63,077 nucleotides of DNA, filler included, from Hyphochytrium catenoides (GCA_900088475.1; 6 parts of 6 records of this genome joined end to end with filler, not necessarily neighbours in it); one strand, 5' to 3'. Counted from the whole stretch's first letter, positions 1 to 14,379 are shown. The notes: generated by a model from the sequence alone, not told the origin. Program-made: numbers and translations.

Positions 1-479
1 ATGCTTCGACCCATCAGACTCCCTCCCGCCCTGCATTTGGACTTATACTCTCCCAAATTCTGAAACTTGATGGGTCGCGGCAGCGTCGCTCGTGCGAATG
101 CCGTGCTATGACCTAAGGTGCGGACAGCGGGCCCTAAAGAAGATCATCGAGGAGGAGAAGAAAGAATGTCGCTGGAGAGTTTAGAATCGAGGCCGCCGGT
201 CCGCTCCTCCTCTCTCCGTCTGCTGCTGCGGCTGCTGCTGCGGCTGCTGCTGCTGGTGGTGCTGTGTGGCTGGCCGTCGGAGGAGGAATTGGTCCCCTGT
301 GGCAGGAACTGATGATGTGGCTTGATGGAGCGGCGATGGTCCCTCACCACGGGTGGACCACACTCATCAGATATTACTTGTGCGTTGTAGTTGTCTGACG
401 TGTTGGTTCGTAGTGAGGCGTTGTGTGCTGTTACCAAGCCGCTGCTCCAAGGAGCGAGAAACCGAGACAGAGGGGAAAC

Positions 480-530
<51 letters not shown>

Positions 531-791
531 AAAATTTATTGCCAACGCTGGCAGTTCCACTTTCTTGAGAAGCGGCGACGACGAGATGAGCAAGAATTGG
601 GAATCCTAGGATCCGCCCGCCAGGAGACAGACCGAGAACCATGGGCAGGATGACGAGGAGCGTCTCAAGTTGCCCAACTTGCCCATGATCCCGAGGAACA
701 GGAGCGGCCATAGCACTCTACGCCGCGCCCGCAACGGCGCCATCAGTGTCCTCCGCCTTCGAGCCGCTATCAATAGCACGAAGAGGAAGTA

Positions 792-3700
792 ATGGACCGT
801 GGACAGGGACAGTACGCACACCCTTATGCGATGCGCCCGCCTGAGGCTTATTACGCCCAAGGCCAGGAGGAGCACTTCTTTGCCACACGCGCTCCTGGCA
901 ATCACTATCCAGCGGCTGCCATGGGTGCGACGTATGGTCATGCGACACCTCCGGGCATGCATGCACGGACCATCTATCCCGCCGATTATTATTCAGACTA
1001 CGCAGGCTGGGGTGACCGGCTGGTGTATAATAATCAGTATGGGATGGAGATGATAGAGGGCTGGCATGAGACCGTTCGCGTAGCTGAGCTGCAGGTGGAG
1101 ATATCGGAGATGACCTTCGACCCGCTCCACGAGACGCTCTGGGTCGGATATCACCATGTAAGTCGGAGCAGCAGACGAGAGAGCAGCGAAGGAAATGGGT
1201 GGTGACGAACCCACTAGCGTACTGATATCTCTCTCTCTCTGCGATACTCCTAGGGACGGCTGACCTCATATACAGAACCCTCTTTGGAGAAGTACTCTTC
1301 CTTCATGGTCAGCAGCGGCCCTGTAAACTTTGTTTCCTGCTTTGCGGGGTAAGCCCTTACGCATCTTCAGTCGATATCTTCCTTCTCTTTACCCCTCTTT
1401 CGTTTTGGTCCGCATCAACCGGCCACCTTTATAACAGAGAGCTGAGGCAACTTGCTCTCCGCGATTATCATCCTCAGTTCTTCCCACACCTCATCACCCT
1501 GCGGTCCATTCAGCTCGGCTAATCTTCTCTACTATTTGTTATAGCGGGTTGATCACTGGTGGAGGCGAACATCTTAGCCTTAGGTCCCGCGGTGGAGTGA
1601 CTCGCCAGAAGTACAGTGTATGTCCTTCGCATCCTGTCTGTCCGCGGATGCTTTGTTCTCTCTTTTTGCGTCCAGAAATCTCTAAGGCTCATGTCCGTTA
1701 AGGTGCCCAGCTTGGACGGCCAAGTGGTTGATAATAGGGCAGCCGCATTTTTAGAGAATGCGGGAGCACAGGCAGACGACTTCCTCGATTATAAACAGTT
1801 CGTCGTGGGCGGCACCAGTCACGCTCTTCACAGCTTCGACATTACACGGTAGAATTTCTAGTCATTTCTCTTACTTCGCCAGCACCCCAGCGCTATCTCC
1901 TGAGAGTTTAATCTCCCAATGTCCTTCAACATCCACCATAAGTGCACCCTAACCAACCTCTGTCCTCTCCCTGCCTAGTCTACCCTTCTTCCTTTCTCTC
2001 TTATATATGACACTCTTGTCACAGATGCTAACGTGCATTTTCGCATAGCCCTTACAGGCCGGCTTCCACGTTGAAGCTACCGGCTGGGATTAACGTCATC
2101 AAGTGCGGGCGAATGCTAGCTTGTGGCGGGCTGGACGGGAAGGTTTACTTTACGGATGCGCGGTTGCGTTCCACCCGCGTCGAGTTCTCCTTTGCTGCTC
2201 ATTCTGGGCCTGTTAACGATCTAGAAATCCTGGGAGACTTCGTCGTGTCCTGCGGAGTTAGTGCGCGGTCCATCAATCCGTACGACAAGAACGCGCCCAC
2301 ACAGACATACCCGGACCCCATGGTACGCTCCCCACATATTACTGAGGGCTCCATGACCCTAAGTGGCCTCTTTTATGCAGATTCAAATTATTGATTTGAG
2401 AATGATGAGAAAGGTAAGAAGGTCAATGACGCATGCGGTCCGCTGCTTGGTAAGTAGGAACTGACTTAGCGGTCATCAGGGAGCGGGTCTCACGTTTCCG
2501 TCGTCGCGAGGGGCTCGCATGCTCTCCGCCATGCCGCAGCTAGATAACCGGTTTGTCGCTGCCTCTGCAGATGGCACCTACGGCTTCTTTGACCTCTCAA
2601 ACAATGGGGTTGCCCCTCAATACTACCAGGTACCCAATCCTTGGTCTATAATTTCTTTTTCTCTGGTATAATGTACGTTGTTCCCATAGGTTGGTGATGG
2701 TGAGGGCATCACCAGTATGTCTGTCTCCTCAACTGGCGATATCATCGCCTTTGGAAGCCAGACCGGAGTAGTCTATCATTGCGCTGAGCGTACCGTTGAT
2801 GTCTCGGTGAATATCTCTTCTACAGAGCTGGACTATCCTGTCTACCCTCCTAGTCAGCCTTTGGTGCAGATTCCACCTTCAGACCCCTCTCCGGCATCCC
2901 AGTACCTGCTGCTGCGTACCGCCGCTCATGAAAGCAACCTCCTCTCCACATTTCCTAAGTGGGCTGAAAAGTCTGTGGTGTGCCCTGTCCCCCAAAAGCG
3001 GGTCAAGAAGGATTTGCTGCAGGCTGTACAAGAGCAGGTAATAATATGGATCAAATGATTGTCTCTCATGCTCCCATCCTTGGTTGGCTGTTTCTGTTTA
3101 CCTCAGGTCTTGTTCTTCCTCTCTGATGCCACCCATACACATGTCTCTTAGGAGTTTCTTGGGTACATCAAGAACCCGGGGGTCAAAGCGAACTCCCTGC
3201 TCTTTGGGAGGGACGAAACAGTGCTAGAGGAATGCGATCCTCGAAGCAATATTGCTGAAGACGCAGAGATCGACTTAAGACGGAGAATGAGCAATCTCCG
3301 GCCCTCAGACGTTGATTCCAAGGACGAGGAGCTGGACCAAACGCCGAAACGGTACCAGAAGGTGGAACTGAAGCTCAGCAGACGGGGCCTTGACGACTTC
3401 GACTTTGGAAAATACAATCGGACGGAGTTTGTGGGGCTGGAGAACACGCACCCCAATTCCTACACCAACCCTGTGCTACAGCTCCTCTATTTCATTCCAG
3501 AAGTTAGGAACGCGATGGTTCAACATCTGTCGATGGCTGAGGTGGATCTAAGCTGTGAGCTGGGCTTTTTATTTCACATGTTGGATCAGGCGAAAGATGC
3601 TCCATCGCGCGATCGGAGCTGTCAGTCAAGTAACTTTCTGAAGGCCTTTAGGCAGGTTCCTGAGGCTGCGGCATTAGGTACGCTGGGGTGGAAGAACGGA

Positions 3701-6700
3701 GGGATGTAGGCTTAGGGATTATGAGGAGTTGGTGGACTACCATAGATGGGTAGCCGTGTGCCAGAAAGAGTTCCTCTTCTCCAAGATATCGTCTTCGTAT
3801 GGCTCAGGAGAAGAGAGAGATTTTGACACGGAGTCGAAGATCAGGGTCGGGAGTCCGCCTTCATATAGCAGTTGGAGGGGAAACAGAGCCCACTGACGGG
3901 GGAACAGGAAGGATGTAGAACTAATAATCGACCGCTCCGTTATGTCAGGGCTTCTGACTAGTGATGCGCCTCTCCCTCACCGAATTGAGACTTTCCACCG
4001 CTTTATGCTGAACCATCTGGACAACAACGCAAACACGGGCGTTAACAAGGCTGGAGTGCAGCAGAGCGTGAATCAAACAAAACGAGGTTAGACGAGCCCT
4101 CCATAGGGCCACATTTTCAAAGTGAAGCGGTTCTTTCGAAGAAAAAATGCTAGACAGCTCTTGTTTCTGCTTCTGTTCCTTTGACGCTGCCTCAAATGAA
4201 CTCACGAACCAATAACCTCCATACAGGAAGTGACGCGCAATCCGGAGGGGATTTGATTGACTCTCTCTTTGGTTATACGACGCTTCAAACAACCGTTTGT
4301 CCGAACGGCCATGACGCTGTCAGAAATACACGGTCCCGGGTAATAGAGCTCAGCTATCATCTGTTAGGAGGAAGGGAACAAACCTCTACCGCGCGTAGGT
4401 TCACAATATCTCTGCTATTTATAACGCTCACTTGGGCTCACTGTGCTCTTTGCATGTATCCTTGATCTTTGTTACTCGTCTCCTCCATCCTCACACACCC
4501 TACATCTCGTCCGCGCATTCGAAATCACTGCGACCCTGCAGGAGCATTCTCAGAAATTTTGTACAGCAGGTAGGAAGCATTCTTATCGCGCCTGCTGGCT
4601 TAGACAGTAGGGTTGACGTGATCAATGACAATGTCTGTAGCCTGTGCCGGGAGAGCAAGACAAGGGCTTGGTGCGATAAGTGCAAGGCTTATCAATCCAT
4701 GTGTCAGACTCGGAGGCCTCTAAACTTGCCCCCGCTGCTATCGGTGCAGTGCGGCGTTGCAAGCGAGCGCGACATCTCTTGCTGGCGGCAGGATGACTCT
4801 AGTACGAACTCCTGGGTCCCAGAAAGGTTACGGCTCTCTGTAGAAGACAGAGGCGACCTAACGGTTGAGGAGCAGAGAGCTGACTCGTCGGGCTCGGCCA
4901 AGAGCTTCGAGAGCGATAGTGGAGGTGCAGAGATGATTTTGCTTCCGTCCTCTAACGATATCAAAGCCTCAGGGCCCATGTGTTGGCCTCCGCATCGCTC
5001 TGTTGTCTCCCTGCTTTAGATATTAGCCCTACCAGTGGTAGCTACGAGATCTTTGCTGTCATTTCCTATATCGGTGACTCTGGCGAACTGCGCTCCAGGG
5101 GCAAGGATGGCCATCTGGTAAAAATCTACCCTCTAATGATTGCAGCTTGAGAATCCTTATTGTTGCCAACCGTGTAGGTTCTGCATGTTAGACCTCCAGC
5201 GTCGTACTATCAGAATGACCCTAGTAAGTGAACATTCCGTACCATCATTCGAGCTTGTCTAACGATCCGAATACGCTGTGTACGGGGCCATATCACTCCT
5301 GAACGTTGTTCTCTTCTTTCTTTCTCTTTCTAGAGGACTCGTGGTATCTTTTCAATGACTTTAGAGTGTCCGAGGCTGATATAGAGGATGCACTCGCGTT
5401 CCAGCAACCATGGAAGACTCCTTGCATCCTCCTCTACCGCAGGACAGACACTAAGAGTATATTGAGCCAGCCGCTTGCCAGAGCAGCTGTCATTGATGAA
5501 GCGGTAAGCTGGCTGCGTCACCTCAAGCCGCTCTAACGCGCTCACCTTCATCTGCATCTGAAGTGCCTTTCGCAGAAATGTGGGCCTTTCCTTGTCCGTT
5601 TCCCTATGTGCAGTCTTCTTTTAGCTGAGTGGCTTCCTTGGTACTAAGTCTTTTTTCTGCCCTTGCTGGTCATAGATCCTGGATGCGCCATCCTTAGCTA
5701 AGGCGGCAGGCTATTCTTCAGCATCAACATTTGTGCGGCTACCAAATGACGCGTTGCCAAAGGAGGGAGACATTGTTGCTATAGACTCCGAGTTTGTCAC
5801 GACAGAGACCGAAGAGGTTGGATCCTTGGGGGCTCCCCAGAGGCCTTATGTTCCTCTGCCTTTGTCCGTCTTGCCTTTGACGACTCTTCTGCCCATCGCC
5901 CTATTGCTGAATTGCGTATGACAGGCTGCGGTGCGCTCGGATGGCTCACGAGTCATTCTCCGTGAGAGTAGACAGGTTCTGGCGCGGGTCTCTTGCATCC
6001 ACGGCGGCACAGGGGAGACGTTTATTGATGATTATATCGTGCCCTCCGAGCCGGTGAGATGATCCAATATTAGACGTCGTAAGGACAGAAGATGATAGCA
6101 AGCGAGCGATCAAATAAAGAGGGGGAGAAGGCGGTTTTACACTCTAGGAGAATGGGGACATGAAGGAACGGGTGACATTGAGACCAAACGAAGCCTGACT
6201 CGCTGCCTGAGCTCCACTAACTCTTCCTGTTTTGACCCCCGTACTACTGCGCAATCCCTTTGCCCTTTGCCATATTTACTCTGCTTTGCGCCGCATAACC
6301 GCAAAGGTTGTCGACTATCTGACGCGCTTCAGTGGGCTCACGGCCGATGATCTGGACCCCTCAGTCAGCACTCATCACCTCGTCTCGCTAAAGACAGCGT
6401 ATCTCAAGCTCCGCTTCCTCTTGGACCGGGGATGTGTTTTCGTGGGCCACGGACTGAAGAAAGACTTTCGAACTATCAATATTTATGTGCCTCCTAAGCA
6501 GGTGAGTGCTTCAAAGTAAAGGACGCCTTGTGAAGCGCTCCTTGGATCTCTTTCTCTATCCTACTCACGTCCTAGACCCTTCCCTCTCCCTACCTTCCTA
6601 AGGCCTCAAGCCTCGCCTTAACTCTTTCTTTGCCCTTGGCCCTCCCAGTGTCTGAAGTTAACACGAAATCGTTTGTTCCTTCCTCTCTTTATATCCTGTT

Positions 6701-7161
6701 GCCGTCTCTGTCTTTATCTCTTCTTCTGTCACAATTGCAGCGGATTGACACCGTGGAGCTTTTCCACCTTCCGGAGATGCGCAAGATATCGCTGAGATTC
6801 CTGGCTGCGTATGTGCTGAACTCTTTCATCCAGTCGGATACTCATGACTCGATAGAGGACGCGAGGACAGCACTGTTGCTCTACAGAAAGCACGACGAGA
6901 TTGTTGCTCAAGGGTGATAAATCTTGCTTGACCTTTCGTCTTAACTTCTCTGTCACTCAGTCTCTGCCAGCCCCAGAAGTCTCCTTACCGTCCAAGTTTT
7001 CACCCTCGGGCCCATCTCGTAGCCTGGGTTCCGTGTATGACTAATGAATCTCCTGGCTTAGGTCGCTGTCGAAGTATCTGAACAACCTCTACGAAGCTGG
7101 ACGGGCATGCAAGTGGCAGATCACTGACGCCTTAAAGAATTTTGTCCATGAAGACACCTAA
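792..7161 (+). CDS. PAN2: PAN2 poly(A)-specific deadenylase catalytic subunit (WD40 + inactive UCH + DEDD exonuclease), about 21 exons
   Basis: Spliced translation gives [14 protein letters not shown]|[17 protein letters not shown] (WD40 start), [31 protein letters not shown] and WYLFNDF (UCH), then [36 protein letters not shown] and [11 protein letters not shown] (DEDD nuclease). About 20 GT-AG introns were traced; TAA stop at 7159-7161. Confidence 0.95.
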
Positions 7162-8000
7162 ATGTTCATAGCGATGTATACCTTAGCGCTTGGAAGTAAA
7201 CCACGATGGCCGAGGAATGAGAGACAGAGAGCGAAGAAGAGAGAGAGAGAGAGAGCGACAGCAAAGCATAGTCAGCTCAATAGCATCCCTTTCCTTTTTC
7301 TTTTGACTGCATATAAAATATTATGTACAAAGGACCTCGATCCCTGCTTCGTCTTGGCACAATATCCAGCGATAGCCGGTCTAACGCTGCTGACCTATGA
7401 CCTAGATCAAAGAGTCCGCTAGCATCCGCTCTTTCGATGAGCTGAGCCTGCGGCGGCGGCGGCCTGGCCTTGGGCGACAGAGAGCGAGCTTCCATCCCAG
7501 ACTCCTTTTATCAGTAGTAGGGCCGTTAGCGGCTATCTGGTCGGTTATTCTCCGGGTTTGTTAGGCGGGCGGACAAAAGGTCGGGGGAAGACAGAGAGAG
7601 TGTGTCAGTGGTAGAGGAGGGAGAGAGAGAGGAGAGGGAAGTTTTGAAAGAGAGAGGAGTGAAAGGAAGAGAAGAGAGAGAGAGAGGGAAAAGAAAGCGG
7701 CAGGTGGTGGTGGGAAGACAGAGAGAAAGCAAGAGAGGCCGGTTTGCTCAGCAAGCTCGGTGAGGAAGACAGAAGAGAGGGAGAAGACGGTGAGAAGCGG
7801 GAGAACAGAGAGGAACGCGAGAGAGAGAGAGAGAATAAGAAGAGTCTCTCCAAGAAGAGTAGCTGCTGCTATACCCACCGCATAGCAATCAGAGGGACAC
7901 TAGGGGGACAAAGGATTCTGAGATAGGCTCGGACCTCGAGTCTGCTGCTGGAGCTCATAGGAGAAATGGGAGCCTCGAACTTTAACTTTATTACTTTAGC

Positions 8001-11000
8001 ATGAACGCTACCAGGGCACCGGCGTCTGCAGCCATGACTCCGGTGGGGCATCGCCCTGAGCGGAGCAGGGCCACAGATGCGCCAGCCATTGTCCAGAGTG
8101 TCCTCAGAGTCTTCCAGGACAAGCACACGAGCGGCTTGGAGGAGCGGCAGGCAGCCGTCCTGAAGCGCCTTGCACAGCTGCACCAGGATGGGTGAGATTG
8201 GCCTCTGCGTCTTCTCCGGTTCACAGCGCCTCCAAAGTGTCCCACTGTCCCTTGGGCTTCCCTTCAGCTCGAAGCTTTATGTGACTTAGTTTTTCTTCCT
8301 TGAGGGGCAGGAGACTAACATCACAGTCTCTTTCTAGATACCAGCTGCCAGACTATGCCTGGGTGCCTAGCGTGCTGGAGGCCGCTGCAGAGAATGTTGA
8401 GCGAGGTTTTCACTTGCTGGAGGAAGCATTGCTTGTCTTCATCGCGACGCTGCGAAAGGTAGGCGAGCAATCCCCACGGGCAACTATCTCCAGCCCTGTA
8501 ACAGCCGGCGCTGGCCAGCCCTTCCGTCTGCAGTATGCGAACCAGCACGTGGTGGAGAGCGGGCCGCTGCTGGACTGTGTCGAGGGTCTGGCCCGGGTGA
8601 TGGTCCGATCTTCTTCCTTCAAGGTCGTACGGGAACTGGCGCACACGGTTCACACTTTCATCTGCGGTTATGGTAAGGACGCCTTACTGTCATTTACAGG
8701 GTGTGAGAGATATGTGACCTTAACGATGGACACTCTATCAGAGGGCAACCCCGAGGCCAGCCAACTGGCTCGCCAGTGTGGAGACTTGCGGAGGTACTGC
8801 CAGTCTCTTGCTCTCAGTGCCGAGGGTTTGCTTAGCGCTGTGCTGACAGTGATGGACAGGTGAGAGGATGGGGAAGTCGAGAGGCGGGCTAGAGCAACGC
8901 GGTACGAGAGATTAGGCGGCCACATGGGAAGCCAGACAAGAGAGTCTGAAGAAGGAGTAGGGACAGGAGAGAGAGAAGAGAAGAGACTCATCCAAAGCAG
9001 GATAGTCCCTGGATGAAGAGACGTCCGTGAAGGTTATAGATTCGAGACCCATAGCCAGCTAAGTTGGCATTCCTCCTCCAGATGTCTCGCCATCAAGTCT
9101 GTACAGAACTCAGAAACGGACGGAGAAGTGAAGGTATGCAGCAACCTTTCCCAGTCTTTAGGCTTCTCCTCTTTCCTTTCTCTTCCTCTCTCATTCTGAA
9201 ATCTCGTCTGCGTCCCCCGCAGCCACCTGGCGTCAGCTCAGAAGTGGAAGAGGTAACTGATGCTACGCTCGGAATCGTCTGGGACCTTTCCTTCATGGAG
9301 GAAAGCTGCGGCACGCTGATTAGCTTCGGTCTCCTTGAGCGGCTCGGAAGGGTGCTATCGGCGATTCAGAGCATCAGAGACGAGCGCCTCTCTCTCGTCC
9401 TTGAGACTATGTGGAATATCCTCAGAAACGATGCACGAACTGTGCGGTCAGCCGCCACACGGCACGAACTCCTGACTTCTTATCGATATCTCAGTGCGCA
9501 CTACCAGCTTGCTACCGCTGAAAATATTGCGGCTTTCTGTAGACTATATGAGCTCTTTATCCTAGGAGGCTACCGACAGGAGGACAAAGAAGTCCGCAAT
9601 GATCTGCTCGTTGTCTTGAGAGAGATTGCAAGGCGGAAATCTGCGCATCCGCTTTTCCAGAGCTCCGGGCTCCTTGACCTACTCATTCGCAGCTCCACCG
9701 TGCTAGAGTCCGACCATTTGCTGGCAGGAGACCGACACAATTATGCCACAGCCTCCGACGAAGACTTCGAGTTAAAGCAGTTAGTTTGGAGAATCATACA
9801 GGAGGTAGCCACGTGTGAGAGCAGCCTGCAAGAGATTTCTCAGTCCCACTTTATGCGCACGTTGCTGCTCTATGCCGATGGGAGGGAGACCTCAAGCCCA
9901 GGATTGGAGCTCTGGAGTGCTTCCCAACTGCACATGCTGCGGGTGCTGGCATTGAGTGTCCTGTCCACTTTAGGTCCTGTCCTTCCTGAGGTCCTCAGAG
10001 AAGAACGTGGTGCCGCTATCCTCCTCTCTGTGTTCGCAGTAAGTGCATTATCCGCTTCCCAGGTGATGAAATGAGTGGCGGCCCTAACGAATCCTCTGGA
10101 TTGCAGAAGGAGTTTGAGAATGAGGACCTCAGAAGGCAAGTGCTGGAGTGTCTCGAGAAGTGCAGTGGCTGCCCAGATTATCCGACTGAGCTGGGCGTTC
10201 TCGGTGGCGTCCATCTCTTAGTTAGAGCCTTTAGATCTGAGCACGTTCGACCGGAGGAGAAGAGCATGATCGGTAAGGAATACCCGTTCGTGCTAGGTAT
10301 TCTATGTTCAACCTTTCTTCCTTTACTTCCTCGTAGTCCGTCGGTCCACTCATTGCTTTTTGTCCTCAGTGTCGATCCTTACCAACCTCTGCAACGGGAT
10401 GAGCGAGGAGAACAGGCAGTGCTTCCGAGACAATAACGGCGTCATCCTTATCATAGAAGCATTAACAGAAGAGTTCTCGAAGCCCACCGATAGTATCTAC
10501 ATCGTCCTCCTTCTTCGACTCGTATGGAAGACGATGCTGGCTGATGACGCCAGCTTGTTAGCCTTTATCCGGAAGGACGGTTTGGACTGCCTTCTCAGTG
10601 GCTTCGAATCCCCTGCTGCCATTGTGAGGCCCTTGCTTCTGAGTTTACTTTCAGAAATGTGCAAGAAAAGTCCGAAAGCTGCCCCTATTGTCCGCAGTTG
10701 GCGGAGTCAGAAGACTGGGAAGTATGCGTCCCAGATTATCGTTGCTATCTGGGATGAATGTCACCGGAAGCTATCGGCAACGGAAGAGCCGGCTCCTGGG
10801 GAGCGCGCCACTGCTGTAGCTCTAACTGGAAGAGAAAGACAGGCGTTCGCCCGGCTAAACGAAGCTCTGCAGGCCTCTCAGGGTGTGACGGAAGGCCAGT
10901 CCATAGTGGATCTCCGAACGAAAGCGTACATACTGATGGAAGCTCTAGGACCCGATGAGATTGCTGGCCAACTTACTCTTCAGGTAGGAGCTAAAGGGCA

Positions 11001-11736
11001 GTCGCCATGAAGACAGTCCACACCCTAACATACATCCTCGCAGGAGCTACGTTGTCTCTCCTTGCTACGTCGCTATCCTTTGGTGCTCTATGGGAAGACT
11101 TGGAACGCTGTACGGGAGTATCTCAGGGCACAGAGGCTTAGGCCTATCGCGGCCGATGCGGTACTGATCGAGCATGGGCTAGAGTCCTCGCACAATGAGA
11201 TGCAGAGGGCGAAGGAGGAAAGTTTCCGACTGGCACAGCAAGAGGAGAATGAGGTAAGGGGAGCCCAGTGAGGGGACATTGGGAAAAGGAGCTCTATAAT
11301 AGACTGGGCCAGAACGCGGCATAATATCAGTAGCCGACACGTGTGACGTATGGAGGGCAACAAAGCACAAATGTGGCAACAGGGAGCATGTGTATGGACT
11401 GGAGGACCGATATTCTAGACCAAAGGAGGCGGGTTAAGAGGCCTTTCGACCACGTTAAGAAGAGGAACAATAGCAGAGCGCATAAGACTAGAAGCGTGGA
11501 AAGGCGCTAAAGAGAAGCTCTCTTGTCTACTGTAGGCCAAGGACAAAGAGAAAGAGTTCTATGATGGCATATTACGTCAGAAGTACCAGGAGATCCAGGC
11601 AGAATATCTCAAGCAGCAGGCCAGGCTACCGAAGAGTACTTGGAAAAGTAGGCTGGAGACCAAGCAGAAGAAGGAAGAAATGCTGCGAAAGTCACAGGAC
11701 GTGGATCCAGAGACCATCGCCGCCCTTGGTATCTGA
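8001..11736 (+). CDS. CFAP69: Cilia- and flagella-associated protein 69 (ARM-like repeats), multi-exon
   Basis: ERQAAVLKRLAQLHQDG, GYRQEDKEVRNDLLVVL and EDFELKQLVW match conserved CFAP69 blocks as I recall them. Exons join by GT-AG introns (e.g. 10039-10106 with a CTAAC branch point). The last exon ends AALGI-TGA. Confidence 0.8.
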
Positions 11737-12067
11737 TAGATCACCATGTGGTCTATGTCTGTGCCACCTGTGCTAGCCTTTTGAAAGAACCGATGGGTCT
11801 AGCCATCACGGAGACCTTGATCTTTGTGCTCAGACGCAATGGCAGGACCACCCCTGTCTTTGGCAGTTGTGGCACAGGGAGTTGGGGAGGCTGAGCTTTA
11901 AGTTCTCAAGCAAGTCTCCTAACCGGCAGGCTAGGGAGCAGGGCATGTAGAGACTACCTCGGCGTAAAGGGGCCACGCCAAGGGCGAAGGATGTCGCTTT
12001 GTCTGGGATATAATAGTTAATTAATTGACCAACATGATGTCTCAGTATTCTGCTGTGACTACGTAAC

Positions 12068-14379
12068 TCAGGCCTTTTCTATTCTGAAGGTGGCTGGTGC
12101 AGAACCTGCTGCGCCGTCTTTCTCTGACTCGAGTACTAGCACCACTTCTCCCTGTCTGCAATATCCTGCCTCTTTGGCATATGAGATGGCATCCTCTGGA
12201 GAGGGAGTGGCTGGAGAGCTAAAGTTATAAAGGGGCATCACGGCGCGGAAGAGCTGCAGGTGGCGGCCCATCTTCGGCTCATCTACCAAAGTGACCACAG
12301 GGACCTGGATTGAGATAAAGGACATAGAGACAGAGGTTAGAAGGACGTGGCTTGAAATAGCAAGAAGGGGCCTCAATAGCGAAAGAGATGGAACCCATAA
12401 ATGATAGTCAAGGAAGCCACACAAAGAAAGCGATACTTTACAAGAAAAAAAATGGCAGAGAGAGTGGGCCAGAGACAAAGACGGGAACTTACCACTGGTC
12501 TCTGCTTAGCGATGGCCCTGGTCATGGCTCCATTGTCATCGCCAATCACAATAACGCACGCGGCGTTCACATTCTTTGCCGTGCTGACAGCTGAGGCGCA
12601 TACGGCTTCCAGCGTGGAGGACGGGCTAGCTGGGCCGGTGATCCTTCTTTGCCTGAGATAACCTTGCGCCACGAGCTCATCCGTCTCTTTCAGCACTTTG
12701 ATCATGGTCCCAACAGATTCTGCTGGATACTTCCCTTGTGCGCTCTCTCCGCTCAGCATCACAGCATCAGTTCCGTCTAGCACTGCATTACCAACATCGC
12801 AGATCTGTGTGGATCATGATTAGTTCTCCGAAGGCAAAAGCGCAAAAAGACAAGGAAACGCCAGGAATACGGAGAGATCAACGGATTCCGGAGACACAGG
12901 GACTTGAAGGGAGTGCGTCGACCCAAGCAAAAATAGAATCGGAGGAGGAGCCCAGCAGGAAGCTCAACCGAAGACGGTAAGACCGAGGTGCTAAGACCCC
13001 GTATCCGTAGCTATTCGCAGACTTCCACGACGAGAAAGAGCTATAGCCAAGCCTACCTCTGCTCTGGTTGGCCTAGGGTTCTTCATCATAGTCTCAAGCA
13101 TCTGGGTTGCCACAATGACAGGCTTCCCCACCTGGTTGCAGCGCTCAACTATCCACTTCTGAGCAGCGAAGACCTTCTCCAGAGGGATCTCCACTCCCAG
13201 GTCTCCTCTAGCGACCATAATGCCGTCGGAAACCTCAAGGATCTCTTCAAACTTCTCCATTCCCTTCAAATGGACAAAGGAGCCAACAGAGTTTTCAGTC
13301 GTTCCCCTCTTTCCCAGTCGTTCTATTGCAGCGCGTCTCGTACCTCGGTGCTTTCAATCTTGGAGATGACCAAGGGGCGCTTGTACTCTTTCCCATGCTT
13401 TTCTGAAGCAATCTTATCTACATATTCCTTAATAGCTGTCACATCCGAGGCTGAGCGGACGAAGGAGGCTGCAATATAGTCCAAGTCGTGCTCGATGCCC
13501 CAGCGAAGGTCAGTTCTAGAGGAGTGAAGAGGGGTTAATAGTCCGGTAGAAAATGTGAGCCTGTCACATTGAACTGACCTGTCCTTATCTGTCAGTGCAG
13601 GAAGATCCACAGAGGTTCCTGGAAGGTTGACACCCTTCTTTCTGCCTAGAGTACCAGTGTTCATGACCCTGCAGTAGACGTTGGTGCCCTCCACTCGCAG
13701 AACTGAGAGCCGGATAAGCCCGTCATCTAGCAGCACGGTGCCCCCAGCCTTCATCACCTTGGCGAGGTTAGGGTAGTTGATGTAGATGCACTCCGCAGTG
13801 CCCTTGTCCGCCCACTCCTTATCCGTTGTAAGACGAATCTCCTTCCCGCTCTCCAGCAGAACATCCTTAGTTACCAGGCTACCAGTTCGGATCTCTGGGC
13901 CCTGAGTGTCGAGCAGGATAGCCCGCATGTTGAAGTCCTTACCCTTGCTAGCGTGGAAGCCAGGATAGCTCCTAAGGTTCGTNNNNNNNNNNNNNNNNNN
14001 NNNNNNNNNNNNNNNNNNNNNNGCTGTGTCTTACGGAGCAAAGCTTCTTCATAGGTGGCATGGGAGAAGTTGATACGCATCACCTTCAGCCCTTCTTCAC
14101 ACAGCTTGTGAAGCATGGGCTGCTGCTCAGAGACGGGACCTATGGTTGCGACGATCTTCGTTAAGGTGTTGTTGGAGTCCTCGAAATGCTTCAGAACCTG
14201 CGCGACAAAGAGATTAATCATCCGGTAGACTTCGAAGGTAATGCAACTACGGCGACTGCTCTTACCTTGGATTCTGATACGAGAGCGTTATACTTCCGCA
14301 CAAAGGCGCCAGGTGCACGCCTTGGGAGGGCCGCAGAGGCCAGGCGGCCCGCAGAAAGGAACTTCATGAGGCTGGACAT
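12068..14379 (-). CDS. PYK: Pyruvate kinase with N-terminal mitochondrial-type presequence, multi-exon (N gap at 13983-14022)
   Basis: Motifs [63 protein letters not shown] and [18 protein letters not shown]. Start [23 protein letters not shown] at 14379. Confidence 0.95.

Noticed and set aside
118-593. Overlapping ORFs around a CTG/CAG run
   Set aside because: No frame gives a recognisable product or convincing start and splice structure.
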